From contig CM060734.1 of the NCBI GenBank assembly GCA_030704615.1, forward strand, positions 28,396,001 to 28,460,000: a stretch of DNA of 64,000 nucleotides. Reading direction: 5' to 3'. Every line of letters starts with the position of its first letter. Positions within the stretch are counted from its first letter, which is position 1. The notes under the pieces are model-generated. The model was not told the DNA's origin. It saw only the letters and a list, made by a program, of their open reading frames with translations, and did no database searches. A program made the translations under genes and the position numbers. Origin of the DNA: Takakia lepidozioides (taxonomy: Eukaryota; Plantae; Bryophyta). This document shows, one piece after another, positions 1 to 12,300 of the stretch.

Positions 1-290
1 GCTTGGTATATCGAGGTCAACAATTTTCAGGACCCACGGACCGCATTGACCCTCGCCCTCACCTCGCTCAAAGCGGTAATAGCCCTCCAAATACTCCATT
101 GCGTGCAAAGACTCCCGCTTGATTCTAGAAGCGTCAATGAAAACAGAGAGCCAGACAATGATGTCTCCTGATTCTGGTTTGAACATCGCATAATCGTGGC
201 CATGATAAGGGCAGTCAACAGGATTGCGGCGGCACGGCATCCTTGCAAAAGATTAGCGGAGTACGCTCAATGACAACAGCTCCCGGATTG
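1..290 (-). pseudogene. Partial copy of MULE orphan gene X1 (in-frame stop)
   Basis: Minus-strand translation SVLR*SFARMPCRRNPVDCPYHGHDYAMFKPESGD matches ORF 15023..15595. Confidence 0.7.
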
Positions 291-664
291 AGGAGGCAGC
301 AGCGCGGTGGCTGGAAGTAGTTCAAGGACATGACAATGTGGTTGCAAATGCTGCAATTCCTCACTAACACTCCAGGGCACATTTAAATTTCCCCCCTACA
401 GGAACCTGCACGGATGAAGATTGGCTGCTCCATGAATGTAGCCATTTCAGTTTCCTTCCCTGCCATGCAAACTATGGGCAGTAAGTGCCAGGTGGGCCTA
501 TAGCCACTCGAGACGACGAAGTCCATCCCCCCTTCGATGAAAATGCGGCGATGAATTTCCATCCGGGGGATAGACTTCGGTGGTAGATTACAAACTATTC
601 CCTGTGGATGAGAAAGAGGTATCGGTTCATCCACCACTAGCGTGATGAACACATTACACGATGA

Positions 665-1432
665 TTGGTGGGTACGTGGGACCCAGATGCTCCATTATTG
701 GAGCCCACACTGCTCTTTCGCTTCTCATCATTTCGAAAATCAAAGGGCTTCGTTGTTGTTCGCAAGGTCATTGTCATCGGCATCAAAGACGTCCTCAGGA
801 CCTCCTTTGCAAGGATGCCGTGCTTCCGGAACCGAGACAACTGCCCTTATGGAGGCTTCGATTATGCAATGTATTCGGCCACATCGGGAGACATCGTTAT
901 CTGGCACACAGTTTACGCAGAAGACACTGGGGCGAATGTGGAAACATTGTCCGCTTTTGAGTATATCCCAGGCCACTACGCCTTCGAGCGGGGTGACGAT
1001 CTTGGTCTGAGGAGTCTGTGGCTCCTGCGCATCCTTGATTCCAATTTTCCCAGCTACGACGGGCACCCATGCAGAAGAATGCGCATTGTTATGCTGGTGC
1101 GGTGGAACTGCTGCCAGTGGACGTGGGTGGACTCCATCGGAGAGACTTATACTCCTGAAGGAGTGCACTCCTCTTCTCCATTGTATGGGGACATTCGCAT
1201 TGGTGTGGACGACGAAAACGTGAAGCTTTCCATATTCGATGGTGGTATGATTGAAGGGCACGACATTGTGGTGAACATCAACAGGGGCGGTACAACGGCT
1301 GCAATCCAGTTTACCTGGAGGAGCCCGATGACTCATGAGCTAGTTTTCAGAGCAGTCGAAGTCCCATTGACAACGTGGTTTGTATTCAGAAGGCATAGGG
1401 CTAAAGATTTGTTTGCACCATCAGCACAGTAG
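665..1432 (+). CDS. MULE orphan gene X2, unknown function (true start uncertain)
   Basis: 255-aa open frame, paralogous to 15023..15595 (shared CPY..DYAM, RWNCCQWT, YGDIR, DGGMI.GHDIVV); counterpart at 16007-16718 is frameshifted. Confidence 0.65.
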   Translation: MVGTWDPDAPLLEPTLLFRFSSFRKSKGFVVVRKVIVIGIKDVLRTSFARMPCFRNRDNCPYGGFDYAMYSATSGDIVIWHTVYAEDTGANVETLSAFEYIPGHYAFERGDDLGLRSLWLLRILDSNFPSYDGHPCRRMRIVMLVRWNCCQWTWVDSIGETYTPEGVHSSSPLYGDIRIGVDDENVKLSIFDGGMIEGHDIVVNINRGGTTAAIQFTWRSPMTHELVFRAVEVPLTTWFVFRRHRAKDLFAPSAQ

Positions 1433-1842
1433 ACGTGCTTCAAATGCAATTCATGTGGATCAATAAAAACCCCATTGTGCCCTTTTTTTTGTTCTATTAT
1501 GTATCCATCGTTCCCAGAATGCATCATTCCTCATTTCGTTTGGGATTGGGAGTGGGGGTGGATTTTGCAAGTGGCTGGTAGGCTGAAATGGGCCCCCATT
1601 GTACAGAGCAGTACCACCCTAGCATTCGCGAAACATTGCCTTTCAATATGTAATTCTAAAAAACATTGCCGAACCTCCTTTATCGGGAGGTCCTTCTCCC
1701 CCTATGACCGTGACACCCTCAACCCTATTCCCGCGGACACTCATTTCTGGAAAACAGTCCTGCTCATGTTTTTTTCGACACTTACGACTCTGCTCATGGC
1801 TCATGCCGCTCAATGCTCATGGCTCATGAAATAGCAGCCCCC

Positions 1843-3088
1843 ACATGCTACCCTAGAGGTCGCATTTGGGCCTCGACATAGGAGACGCACTTGGATACAA
1901 AGAGGATTGCACTTGGACTTAGATGACATTGGACACTTGGGCCAATGGCACAGGCTACCCTAGTGTGCTTCATTACGACAAAGGATGAACGGATTATGAA
2001 CAGTCAACATCAAAGGCGGTTCATTGGTGGGGGCAACATGCGTGCTTTCACTAAGGAGGGCCAACAAAACTGTGGATGAATGAACAGTGAGGCTGGATGA
2101 AGGTCGAAGAGATGGCAACATGCAGGGCATTGATGCAATATAGATCAGCGGCTGAGGGGGCGCCGCCCTGAATCGACAGGGTACATGACTAAGCAGATGC
2201 TGATAAATACGTTTTGAGCTCAAATATAATATCAAGACCTCATTAGTTGCCACTTGGCCATGTATTAAACACACGGGATAGAGGTACACCCAAGGCGGGT
2301 AATGTGTTTAGTATTAGAATAATCAGTTGAGCGGTGATCAAAGTAGAAAGGCTCCAACTAAGGGGCTAACCTACTAGATTTTGGAGGGTACAAGGCAAGT
2401 AAGCATAAAGACAACAAGGCATTCAAAATTATGGGAATCATGACTCTCGGAGAGTGAGTACAGATGGTAGACTGAGAGCTGGAGAGAGAAGATGGCCACA
2501 AGAGGGTGATCTACTCATGATGGACGTTGATAGCAGGAACTTAGGAAGAGATAAGAGGGGAGATTAGTGTTGTACTCCAGTGACGAGACAATACATACGC
2601 ACATTTTGGGTTCACCCTTGGTCACATGATGGCTGAGCATTGTGTTGGTTCCGGTTGTTGAGATATATAGAAGGCTTGTAGTTTATTAGAGAGGGGCCCG
2701 CTGTTCCCGCTGGCGACAACAATTGGTCGTGTTAGTGAGAGAGAATAGTGAGGGTAGCGTAAGTATTCAAACAACATGCATGCTACGGGTGACGGTACCA
2801 AGAGCGACGTCATGGACTAGCCACACGGGCAAAATGGGAAGGAAGTAAACGAGCGATCTAGGACTTGGAGAGCATAGCCAAAGGGCCATCTGGATGAGTC
2901 AATCATTTAGCACGAACAAGAACAAGAGGGCAAGTAAGCCAGATTCAGCCACTTAGGCATAGCCTTGTAGAGGCGGATAAGGTGATAATGGGATCATCTG
3001 AACGCTGATATGGTTGTGCATACGAAAGGGCTGACAGAGGACTGCAGGCGCCCCGGGCCGCGCCACCCCACGGGGTCACGATATCTTG
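1843..3088 (+). repeat. Non-coding host sequence between the two MULE copies; probably part of the 5' LTR of the gypsy element at 17417-22250
   Basis: Removing the MULE joins it to 17207-17416, which directly precedes the PBS. No second LTR in the window to confirm. Confidence 0.35.
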
Positions 3089-3669
3089 GAGGTTTACTAT
3101 TTCATGAGCAGAAACCATGAGCCATGAGCCATGAGCCGCATGAGCCGCATGAGCGGTGAGCCGAAGTCTAAGACACGCGGATTTCATGAGCGGACTACTC
3201 CAAATTTGGAAATGCGGCAGATTAAACAAGTATTAAAATAACAGTTTTTTATTTGACCTTGCCGTTTTTGGAAGTTCCAGATCATGTAATGCGGCGAAGA
3301 TATGTCGTCAGTAACAACTCCGCTCATGGTTTTTTAGATCCGCTCATGGAAATGAGTGACCGTGCAACGAGAAATCCAGTATACCACGGCAAAAGGACGT
3401 CGCATACTGGCCTGTATAGAGTATTCCGCGGTTTTACATGCCTTAACATTGGAATGAATCATTGTGAACAGCTGAGCCTACCGTGGCCATCTGATACACA
3501 CGCCCGAAGCCTGGTGGGGGCACTTTTGTCGAGCTCTGGATTGTACAGTTCATCCGAAGTGCATTCCCCATCCTTGTCTCGTTCACTTTTGAGGGAGGTC
3601 GCCGCCTCTTCGGTTTCCCCCAACGGTGTGTAGGATGCTTAGAGTTGTCGGGTCCCATTGTTCTTGCTC

Positions 3670-6592
3670 TCATAGGGGTCGGTGGTGGAGGCTGTGGAAG
3701 CGGAAATGGTTGTCTGGGGACGTCAGTGCGCTGCACCATCCGAAATCCTGCGGCGGTAAGGGCGTCGGCCTCAACCTGACTAAGATCGCAGCCTGGTTCC
3801 ACCGGCCACACCAAGCCTCTGGCATTGTTTGTATGCCGTACTTGGGCTTTCCATACACGCAAGTCATAATGTCGTGCCTGCATAACCAGAACTGGGTGGT
3901 TGTCACCTCCGCAAACTTTGCATGGACAAATCTTCCTATAAAAGTAGGAGCAGGGACAACACCATCTGGATTCCTCCTTATCATCTCTAACCAACGTTGC
4001 CATGTATCCACTCAAATTGCGGAACACCTGCCTCAAAACGACGGCTTTGTGCGAGCAATTCTCCACTGTGACGCAGACACAGTCGTCTCCACAATGGCTT
4101 GGCCATACTGCATAACAGCGGGCGGAATCTGGGGCAAGCGAGCGGTGGGAATTTCTCGCACGGAATCCCCGCTTGAAGGCGATGGTGATCTGGAATTTCT
4201 TGGGCTTCCACTGCTGGAAGACACATTGTGCAGCAACATGACGGGCCCTCGAGGTGCTGTCCAAATGTTCTTGTCGGATCTCCAGGAATCCTCTTCGCAC
4301 CCGGGTTCCTCTTCAATCCTCCACCTCACAGGGCGAGTACGGACGTCCCCCTCTAGGTGCTCACCTCTGCGGTGCAGAGGCGTCCCTTTGATCTTCTCTC
4401 GCAATGTTGTCGCCCATTTCAGTGGATTCTTCGACCTCGAAGCTGTTCGTACCAACAATTCATCCCTGTCCGGCCCAAAGCCCCATTGTTTCCCGCTTAG
4501 GAACTTGTAGTACGTGGCTTGCTGCATGATTGCTTTGTCGATGTCCTCCGTTGTGGCCGTCACTACGTCCACCAGATGTGCGGCAGAAGACGCTCGCCAG
4601 GAGGAGTGCACTGATTCTGCCATATTCGTGTTTGGCATGTCCGTGTTGGAATCCAAGCACCGCTCCTACAAGGACACAAACAATGGTGAGGAACCAATGG
4701 AAAGGTCCGTAATAGAAAGACAATTGCACAAAAATGACAGCATCATACCTCCCGCATGTACTGTCCGAATTGTCGATACCGGAAATGCCACCACCCCAAC
4801 CAGTTGTGCAAGGCTCCCAGATTGGTTGTCTCCACTGCACCTGACGTGTTCCACCAAGCCTCGATGATAGCAAACTCAACCTCCGCGTCATCAAATGTGG
4901 GTGCATCCTTCCACGCCGTACAAAGGACACGGTGTTCAGCCTGGAATGAGCTAGCAACAAATTTGGTAGTGTAGTGAGATAGACTCTGCATCCAATGGAA
5001 TCCACAGGATCTCTCTTTCCCCTCCATTGGAACATTGGGGTCCTCACCGTACACACGCCGCACCGCTGCCCAGTTGGCCTGAGTGTTGTCTGCCATGAAT
5101 CCCCTGAAATTGGGCTCTGGCAATCCCGCCCTTGCCATCTGCTCGTTTATGCCCTCCCACAGATGCATCTCCGACTGTGTGTCCTCCCCTTTCATCTCGT
5201 AGATTGCAATCGTCATGAGCCTCTTGGAGTGATAGTCATAAACATGCGCACCCATAGTCACCCACTGATGGTTTGTAATTTGCTTGATGTGATCAAACAT
5301 CACCCAAGCATTCGACAAGTTTCCAGTTGTCATGCGAGTGACCAAGTCGACTCCACTTCCAGGCCCACACGTCGACATTTTAAAAATGTAACAACAATCG
5401 GATTCGCTGCTTTGCCCTGGAAACCTGCTACCTTGGATGTAGTCATATCCAGTCATTCGTTTCACCTCCAGGATTGAGTGCATGTCCGACCCTCGGCCGA
5501 ACTCTTGCTTGCAAAATAAGATGTGATTCCGCACATTCGGACTACAAACGTGCGAGACGGACTCCAACAGGTCAAGCATCTCCTCTTCGTTCAAGGGCAC
5601 CCGGTCTGAACCATCTTCAGACATGATTTTGCCAAGAGCAATCTTGTGGGCTGCCTTCAACTGAATCTGCTTTGGTCTGGCTCCGGGGCTCAATTTCACC
5701 TCCTCTTTTATGATGTCGTGTGCTTCCTGCACAGCCTCACGCATGTTGCCTCTCGCCAAGGGGTGGCAGTGGACCCCAACGTGTATGCAAGCTCTAGTCA
5801 AGTCCGGGAGCAAATGGATTACGTAATATTGCTTGGCTCTGCACATGGACATGCACGTCGGTGGTTCTTTGCAATGTGCGCACTTGAAAGTACCCGCAGG
5901 AGCTTGGCTGGAGACAATGAATGGATGATGCGTTGTGCCAGTCCAATCCGTCTCGTTTCTCCGCCCTCATTGGAGAGAAAGTGGAAGCAAGCGGGATTGA
6001 GGCACCTTAGCTTCCCCGCACAGAGGACGTATCGTACACGAACACCATCAGCAATTTTCGTGCTACTGGTCTTCGTCACACACCAGGGGTGTCCGTCATG
6101 CTTTCGATCCATGTCTGTTAACATCCCTGAGGCTTTGTTTGACGAAGTAACAGGTGGAAACTCGAAGATGACATTGCCATCGACTTTGGGAGGCAGATAC
6201 GTTACCTTCCTGACTGGAAATTTGGCATAGTCGAGAGCAGCCAGCTCGGAGCGAGAACCATCGAGGTGATGTTGCCGTAGGAGCTGCACAATGGACCGGG
6301 TTGGAGTTATGCTCGAGGGTACATGCGTAGCACCTGCAGAGACGTCCATGTCGGATTTGAACGACCGTGTGGAGGACATGGGGACCTCAATGCACTCATC
6401 TTCCTCGTCAGAAATGTCGAATACGTCCACGCGAGAAGCTATGGAGGGTCTTGACGGTCCAGGTCGGGAATGATTATCGTTGCATACCTCTTTGTTGGCA
6501 GTGGCCGCCTGTCGGTTTCCGGACTCCTTTGTGGATGGTGTGGGCAGGGACTGATTCGGAAAGGGAATGGGCATTCCCACAGCTCGGTACAA
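3670..6592 (-). pseudogene. MULE (Mutator-family) DDE transposase, frameshifted, with an intron at 4666-4748
   Basis: ORF 4743..5852 has VMFD..FMADN..CGFHW (D, D and CxxH); an in-phase 83-bp GT-AG intron joins it to 4033..4656 with NTNMAESVHS (catalytic E). Flanking pieces 5819..6592 and 3670..4011 are in other frames. Confidence 0.85.
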
Positions 6593-7219
6593 GATGGTGT
6601 CTGATGGGGGTACGTGCCAGTCGATTCCTCAACCTCCGTCGTTACCTAGCACGACAATGGTCTCGTCAACCTATCCAGGAACATCCTTCCTTTCTTCTTC
6701 CAAATAAACTGTGCCCGGTTTGAGCTTGAATTTGGAACAAAGGTAAGTTTCAGTCACTTTGCAAAGTCCTCCCTCGTTTGGGATCCAGGCTCTCCCAAGT
6801 TGCGGAGGACAGCAAACTATAGCGTAGGAATTCGGAGCCATCGAAGACCGCACGAAGTTGGCAAGTGCGAGGTTCAGTATAGCGACAGACCAAGGCTCAC
6901 AGGCACCATGAAAGTGGATCTGCGGAGTCCATCGACGATTGGAAGTCGCACATTGAAGTGGAAAGTATTGTTTCAAGCTACATGCATGAAGGTGGGAGGT
7001 GTGATTCCATATCTCGTAAGTATGACAATGATGGCCGATTCGGCGACGAAATAACATCTCCTGACAGTTTCTCCTGAGGGTGGATCCAGCAGTATTCTCG
7101 GCGCACTGACAAGTGCCAGGACTGTTAGTTAAAACGGTCAGACAACCAAGTTGTGCTCATCAAGACAGGCCGCAATTGTGTTGTTTCGGAACAATGCAAC
7201 CCATTCAGGTTCCGCATGC

Positions 7220-8478
7220 GGAAATGAGGTTCCGCATTTCCATCCAGAGTGATGCTTTTGATTGCTGTTGGACGGAAATACGGCGCCGCATTTCCGTTTT
7301 GCATCTTAGTCATGCACCAGTGCGACGGAAAACCTGCACCGAGTTTCCGTCCGGGGGAAACCTTTATACTCTCCAGAACGGAAATGCGGTAACGCATTTC
7401 CATCCAACAAGCACGAACGGAAATGCGGTATTTCCGGTACCGCATTTCCGTTCTGATTGAGAATCTTGAACCACGGGAACTGAAATGCGGAACCGCATTT
7501 CCGACCGCATTTCCGACATACCAGAACGGAAATGCGGCGCCGCATTTCTATTTTATATCTGACGCATGGAGCTGAGGGATAGAAATGCTGCACCGCATTT
7601 CCGTCCGGGTGAGACCTTCATACTCTCCAGAACGGAAATGCGGTACTGAAAATCGTGAACCATCGGAACTGAAATGCGGCACCGCATTTCCGTCCGAGTC
7701 GCACCTTCCGACATTCCAGAACGGCGCCGCATTTCCGTTTTGTATCTGAGGCATGGAGTCGAGTGACGGAAATGCTGCAGCGCATTTCCGACCGGTTAAG
7801 ACCTTCATACTCTCCAGAACGGAAATGCGGTACCGCATTTCCGTTCTGATTGAGAATTATGAACAACGGGAACTGAAATGCGGCACCGCATTTCCGTCCG
7901 AGTCGCACCTTCCGACATACCAGAACGGAAATGCGGCACCGCATTTCCGTCCGAGTCGCACCTTCCGACATACTAGAACGGAAATGCGGCGCCGCATTTC
8001 CGTTTTCTATCTCAGGCATGGAGCGGAGGGACGAAAATTTTGCACCGCATTTCCGTCTGTTTGAGACCTTCATACTCTCCAGAACGGAAATGCGGTACCG
8101 CATTTCCATTCTGACTGAAAATCGTGAACCATCGGAACTGAAATGCGGCACCGCATTTCCGTCCGAGTCGCACCTTCCGACATTCCAGAACGGAAATGCG
8201 GCGCCGCATTTCTGTTTTGTATATGAGGCCTGGAGCTGTGGGACGGAAATGCGGTGCCGCAGTTCCATCCATGTGAGACCTTCAAACTTTCCAGACCGGA
8301 AATGCGGCACCGCATTTCCGTTCAGGTGAGACCTTTATACTTTCCCGAACGGAAATGTGGCACGACATTTCCGTTCATCAACTAAGGTATGTGAAGGTGG
8401 AGCGGAAATGCGGTACCGCATTTTCATTCAGATTGAAAATCATGAACCACTGGAACGGAATTGCGGCACATGTCTGCA
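7220..8478. repeat. Array 1 of the 22-bp palindrome GGAAATGCGGnnCCGCATTTCC, 53-bp period, about 24 units
   Basis: Units start at 7768, 7821, 7874, 7927, 7980, 8033, 8086, 8139, 8192, 8245, 8298, 8351, 8404, 8457 (exact 53-bp steps), also 7274/7327/7380 and 7528/7581/7634; about four spacer types recur as a higher-order repeat. Confidence 0.95.
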
Positions 8479-9329
8479 CTCTATCTGACTGAAGTGGCAT
8501 GAGGCGGCACGGCCTGACCGTTGGATAATGATGTTTGTTTTTCGGACGGCAGGCGTACCCTGAACGATTCAAATTTCATAATGACGCAAAGTCCACGAGG
8601 AGACACTTTCGTCCAACCCTTTCGAACCTAAGTGATGCATCACCGCCGTTTCATCTTCTTTTGTCGTGTCTCCTCAGTCACCCCTCTCGCGCCCTTTCCA
8701 TCTGCACTCTTCGCCCCTTTTCCTTGTCTCTGTTCTTCTTATGCTCGAACCTGAGAGGGAGGGAGTGCGTGCACCAGAGAAGAGACATCGTCGCAAGCTC
8801 CGTAAATTGTACTTCGGACGTAGGCAATTGGCGAAGGGGAGGAAGCAGATGCGTCTACAGGAGGAGATTGTCATCTTGCAGCATCAGGCCACGCAGGCAA
8901 CCCAGCCACCAGTGAAAGCTCCGTGCTATCGGATTCGCCAACTGATCGAGCACCGAAACCCGCCTCATTTTTCTTCTGTAATTCTTTAACTGTATGCTAG
9001 GAGACTTGATGCAGAAGATGTTTGCATGCCTAACCGGAAAGTGGACGTGCTGGAGGGATCGCAGGAATCCGAAGAGCCGCAGGCAGAGTCGTGGAGCTAG
9101 CTGCACACGCACACCCAACCGATCCACGAGCACGGGTCTTCCTGCCGGCCTAGCCCTGTGCGTTTCAAGGACTCGGCTTCGAAGGGCAGTCTTTTGCTTC
9201 AAAGCCCCAGAGAGCGACTCGCGTTTGAAGGTCAGCAGGTTCTAGCCCTTCTCCAGCAAAGACGAAGAAGAAGCAGCCCGTCCTTCAACTTGTTTATGAA
9301 CCGGATCAGGCCGTTTCCCCCCCACCCAG

Positions 9330-12300
9330 GTGAATGAAGCAGATTCAATTGCAGCAGACACCTTCACCTGCAAGAATGAGGAAGCAGAAGGCAATCAGGG
9401 GAGGGCGGAGCAGTCTCCCGCAAAACCGATTCCACGAGCTGAAGCCCAGTTCCTGCTTGATTTCCAGCCTAGTGATGTTGGGGGCGACTCTGCTGCAGCG
9501 AAGGCAATGGGATCGACCGATTTCGTCGATCCTGGTACCGGAGGAGGGTGCTGCCTCTCAACGTTCGCAGCAAGACCTGACCACCGTTGAGGAAGATTTT
9601 CATAATACTGCAGGCCCGGAGGAGGCCTCTGCAATTGCAGAACTGTCCGCAAAGATTCCCCAGAGTGCAGCTCCAGTTGGGGATGCTCCAGCTGCTCAGC
9701 CCCTACCACCACCAGCAAAAATGTCTCCGGAGGGATTCCAAAGTGCAGCGGATACAATGTTGGAGGAGACACATAGTAGCATTGGCAGAGTTCTGGGCAG
9801 CAGGGTATTCCAGCGGACTCTTCGAATCCCACTCTGTCACATTGTCTCCCTTCCCATCGTCAGGCAGGCACTTCCCGGAGATGTGGATAAGCTCAAGTTC
9901 GCATTTCGAGAAGGGTACCGTCTAGGTTCGTCAGCCTTCTACGTTTCCCTTGAGAATGAGGACGGCGAATCTCGTGGACCCACTGCGGATGAATTGTCAA
10001 CATGGGATACCCACTGGCACACTCGCAACGACAAATTCGAGGCAACGCTGAAGGGTGATCCAGACTTCGGCCATATGTCGAGTAAAATGTTCTTTGTGTG
10101 GGACGGGAATCATCGAGTTCTCGCCTGATGGGAGTACATCAAGCAGAACCATGCCAAGCACATTGGCTGGCATTACATGGTGGAGTGTGTCATCCTCAAG
10201 GTGAAGGCGGCAGACTCCTTTCTGCTCAAGAATGCCATGGCGGACCTCAACTCGTAAGATACTCATACCCTCCCAAGCACGTTCGAAATGCAGTGCCGCA
10301 TTTCGGTTTCCAATCTGTTTTGTTTTCGTGCTTTCGTGGACTGAACTGAGAGTGTGCCTTGCAGGGTCACTGAAAATGCGTACGTGCATACCCACATGGC
10401 ACATATGTTATACAGGGTGAGGAAAACTGGTCTCACTGATCCGCACTTGTTTGCGGAAATGCTGGAGCCCGAGCTCATTAAGAAAGCCGTGGCAAAAACA
10501 GACCGGACATGGTATCGTCTCACTATGGATGGAATGGTGGAGGTGATATACGAAGTAAGTCGTCATCCCATTTCCCTCTGCTCATCCTTCCCCAATTTTC
10601 AGTAATCTTTCCACATGAATCGAATGTAACGCTTCTGCATGTTTTTGTTGGCAGTCAAACATCAAGCTGGATTTGGCCCATGCCAAACGCTTCTTCATGG
10701 AAAGTGAGGGGCAGGTCAAAACGTTGCAGTCATTGACTAAGCACTTGAAGGAAGCCGGGGTCAAGTCCAAAACAAAATACAAGTCAAAGCTTGTGAAGCT
10801 GGTGGCCATTGCAGATCCGGTACTTGGAAATGACTTTATCCCCGAGATTGCAAAACACTATTCTCGGGCCATGCAGCCGACCATGCAGTTGGAGAAACTG
10901 CATCACCTCTCAACGACATGTGTTGAAGCGAAAGAGAATGTGATGTTTCAATGCACTGAAGTTCCTTCCTAGCAATAGTCACTCTTCTTCCTGCTCCTGA
11001 CATTGGATCGGAAATGGCAGACACGGTGGCTGTCGATCTGGAATGCATCGGAGAGTATAAGAACAATGTGGTCTTTTCCACTCGAAGTTTCCGACCCTGC
11101 AACGGATGTGTGGCTCAACCGCATGACTTGGTGGTTCCAGGTAATTCAAGGTACTTCCCCAGATTTGCTTTTCTGAAATGAATTTCCTGAACTGCTATGT
11201 GACAATGCATGTGGGAATCGCAGGTAATGACGAATGCAAAGGAGCAAGTCGTAATGCATACAAATTCGTTCGGCTTGTACGTCAAATGGGATGGAACACA
11301 GACATTGGAAGACTACGTGACACGTTTCAGATGTGGCGTACAAGGACAACCTCTTCGCCAGGGAGCTGCAGACAGCAAGAAGGAGCGTGGAGTTTACACA
11401 TCAGGAGAGAGCGGGAAAAGCTGCAATGCGAATTGTTTACAGGTGAAGCCCAGCTGTCTTTGTATGCAAAGCCTGGTTATCAGGTTTGTCTGGGAAATGC
11501 AGCACCGCATTCGCATTTTAAGTTTTTGGTTGCACTCTGCGAGTACGTTGGTCTCAACTTTTGCTCACGCATGCTGACTGCCCTGCAGGTATATGAAATA
11601 CGTGCTTCTTCAGATAGGGGCCCTAGCTCAAGAGCCCCCGTTCTTCATGGCTTGGACCGTGGCAGGCCCAAGCTGTGTCTACACACCCGAGATGCAGAAA
11701 CAATGGCATGCCGCGCATTTGGTTGGATGCCCGTGGTACCTGGACATGTCTGGCGGAATTGTTGACGAGTCTGAGAAAGATCTGCACGCGAAAGCAGAAA
11801 AGAAGATAAAGGAAAGACGTGTCCCTGCTTGACTCGAGTCGGCAAAGGAAGCTGCTGCTCTGGAACAATCCAGAAAGGCAGCTGAGATGGCACAGAAGAC
11901 GGTGGATGCAGCTGTACAGGCTCAACAGAAGGGGTCCAAGAAGCGGACTCGCCAGCAAGGAGTAGCAGTTGTGACACCCAAGAAAATGAAGAAGCAGAAA
12001 CAGATAGTGCAGGTAGAGGGTGAGGAAGAGGACTCTGATGGAGACTTTGCAACCAGCCCACCCCCCGAGACGCAGCCGAAATCCCCTGTGCCCACCGTTG
12101 TCACGAGAGGGACGAGAACAGGCTCGGCAAAGAAGACACTCTTCAACCCCCCGGGGGGGCACCCTTTCGAGCCGGTGGAAATGAAGAGGCCGAAAGTGGA
12201 TCCCGATACAGTAGTTCAGTGTGTGAATGAGAGTTTCTTGGCGGCTTTGGATGGACGGGCAGCGAAGTTGGCATACATGAAGACCATGGAGGGTCTGAAG

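Larger units (their letters stand above)
1..1842. mobile_element. Right arm of a MULE copy (same family as 3089-17197); left part lies outside the window
   Basis: 1-1842 is a diverged direct repeat of about 15362-17197 and ends in the same terminus GCTCATGAAATAGCAGCCCCC (1822-1842); similarity stops exactly there. Confidence 0.9.

Noticed and set aside
3443-4510. Long alternative-frame and antisense ORFs over the transposase 3' region
   Set aside because: Shadow frames in GC-rich coding DNA without motifs.
7113-8329. Overlapping ORFs with EMRRRIS/GNAAPHF/KCGAAF repeats (also 13918-14810)
   Set aside because: Translations of the palindromic repeat on both strands; no independent coding evidence.
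7220-8478. CRISPR array (palindromic repeat plus 31-bp spacers)
   Set aside because: Spacers recur in a higher-order pattern instead of being unique, no cas genes, and the context is an intron-containing eukaryotic transposon.
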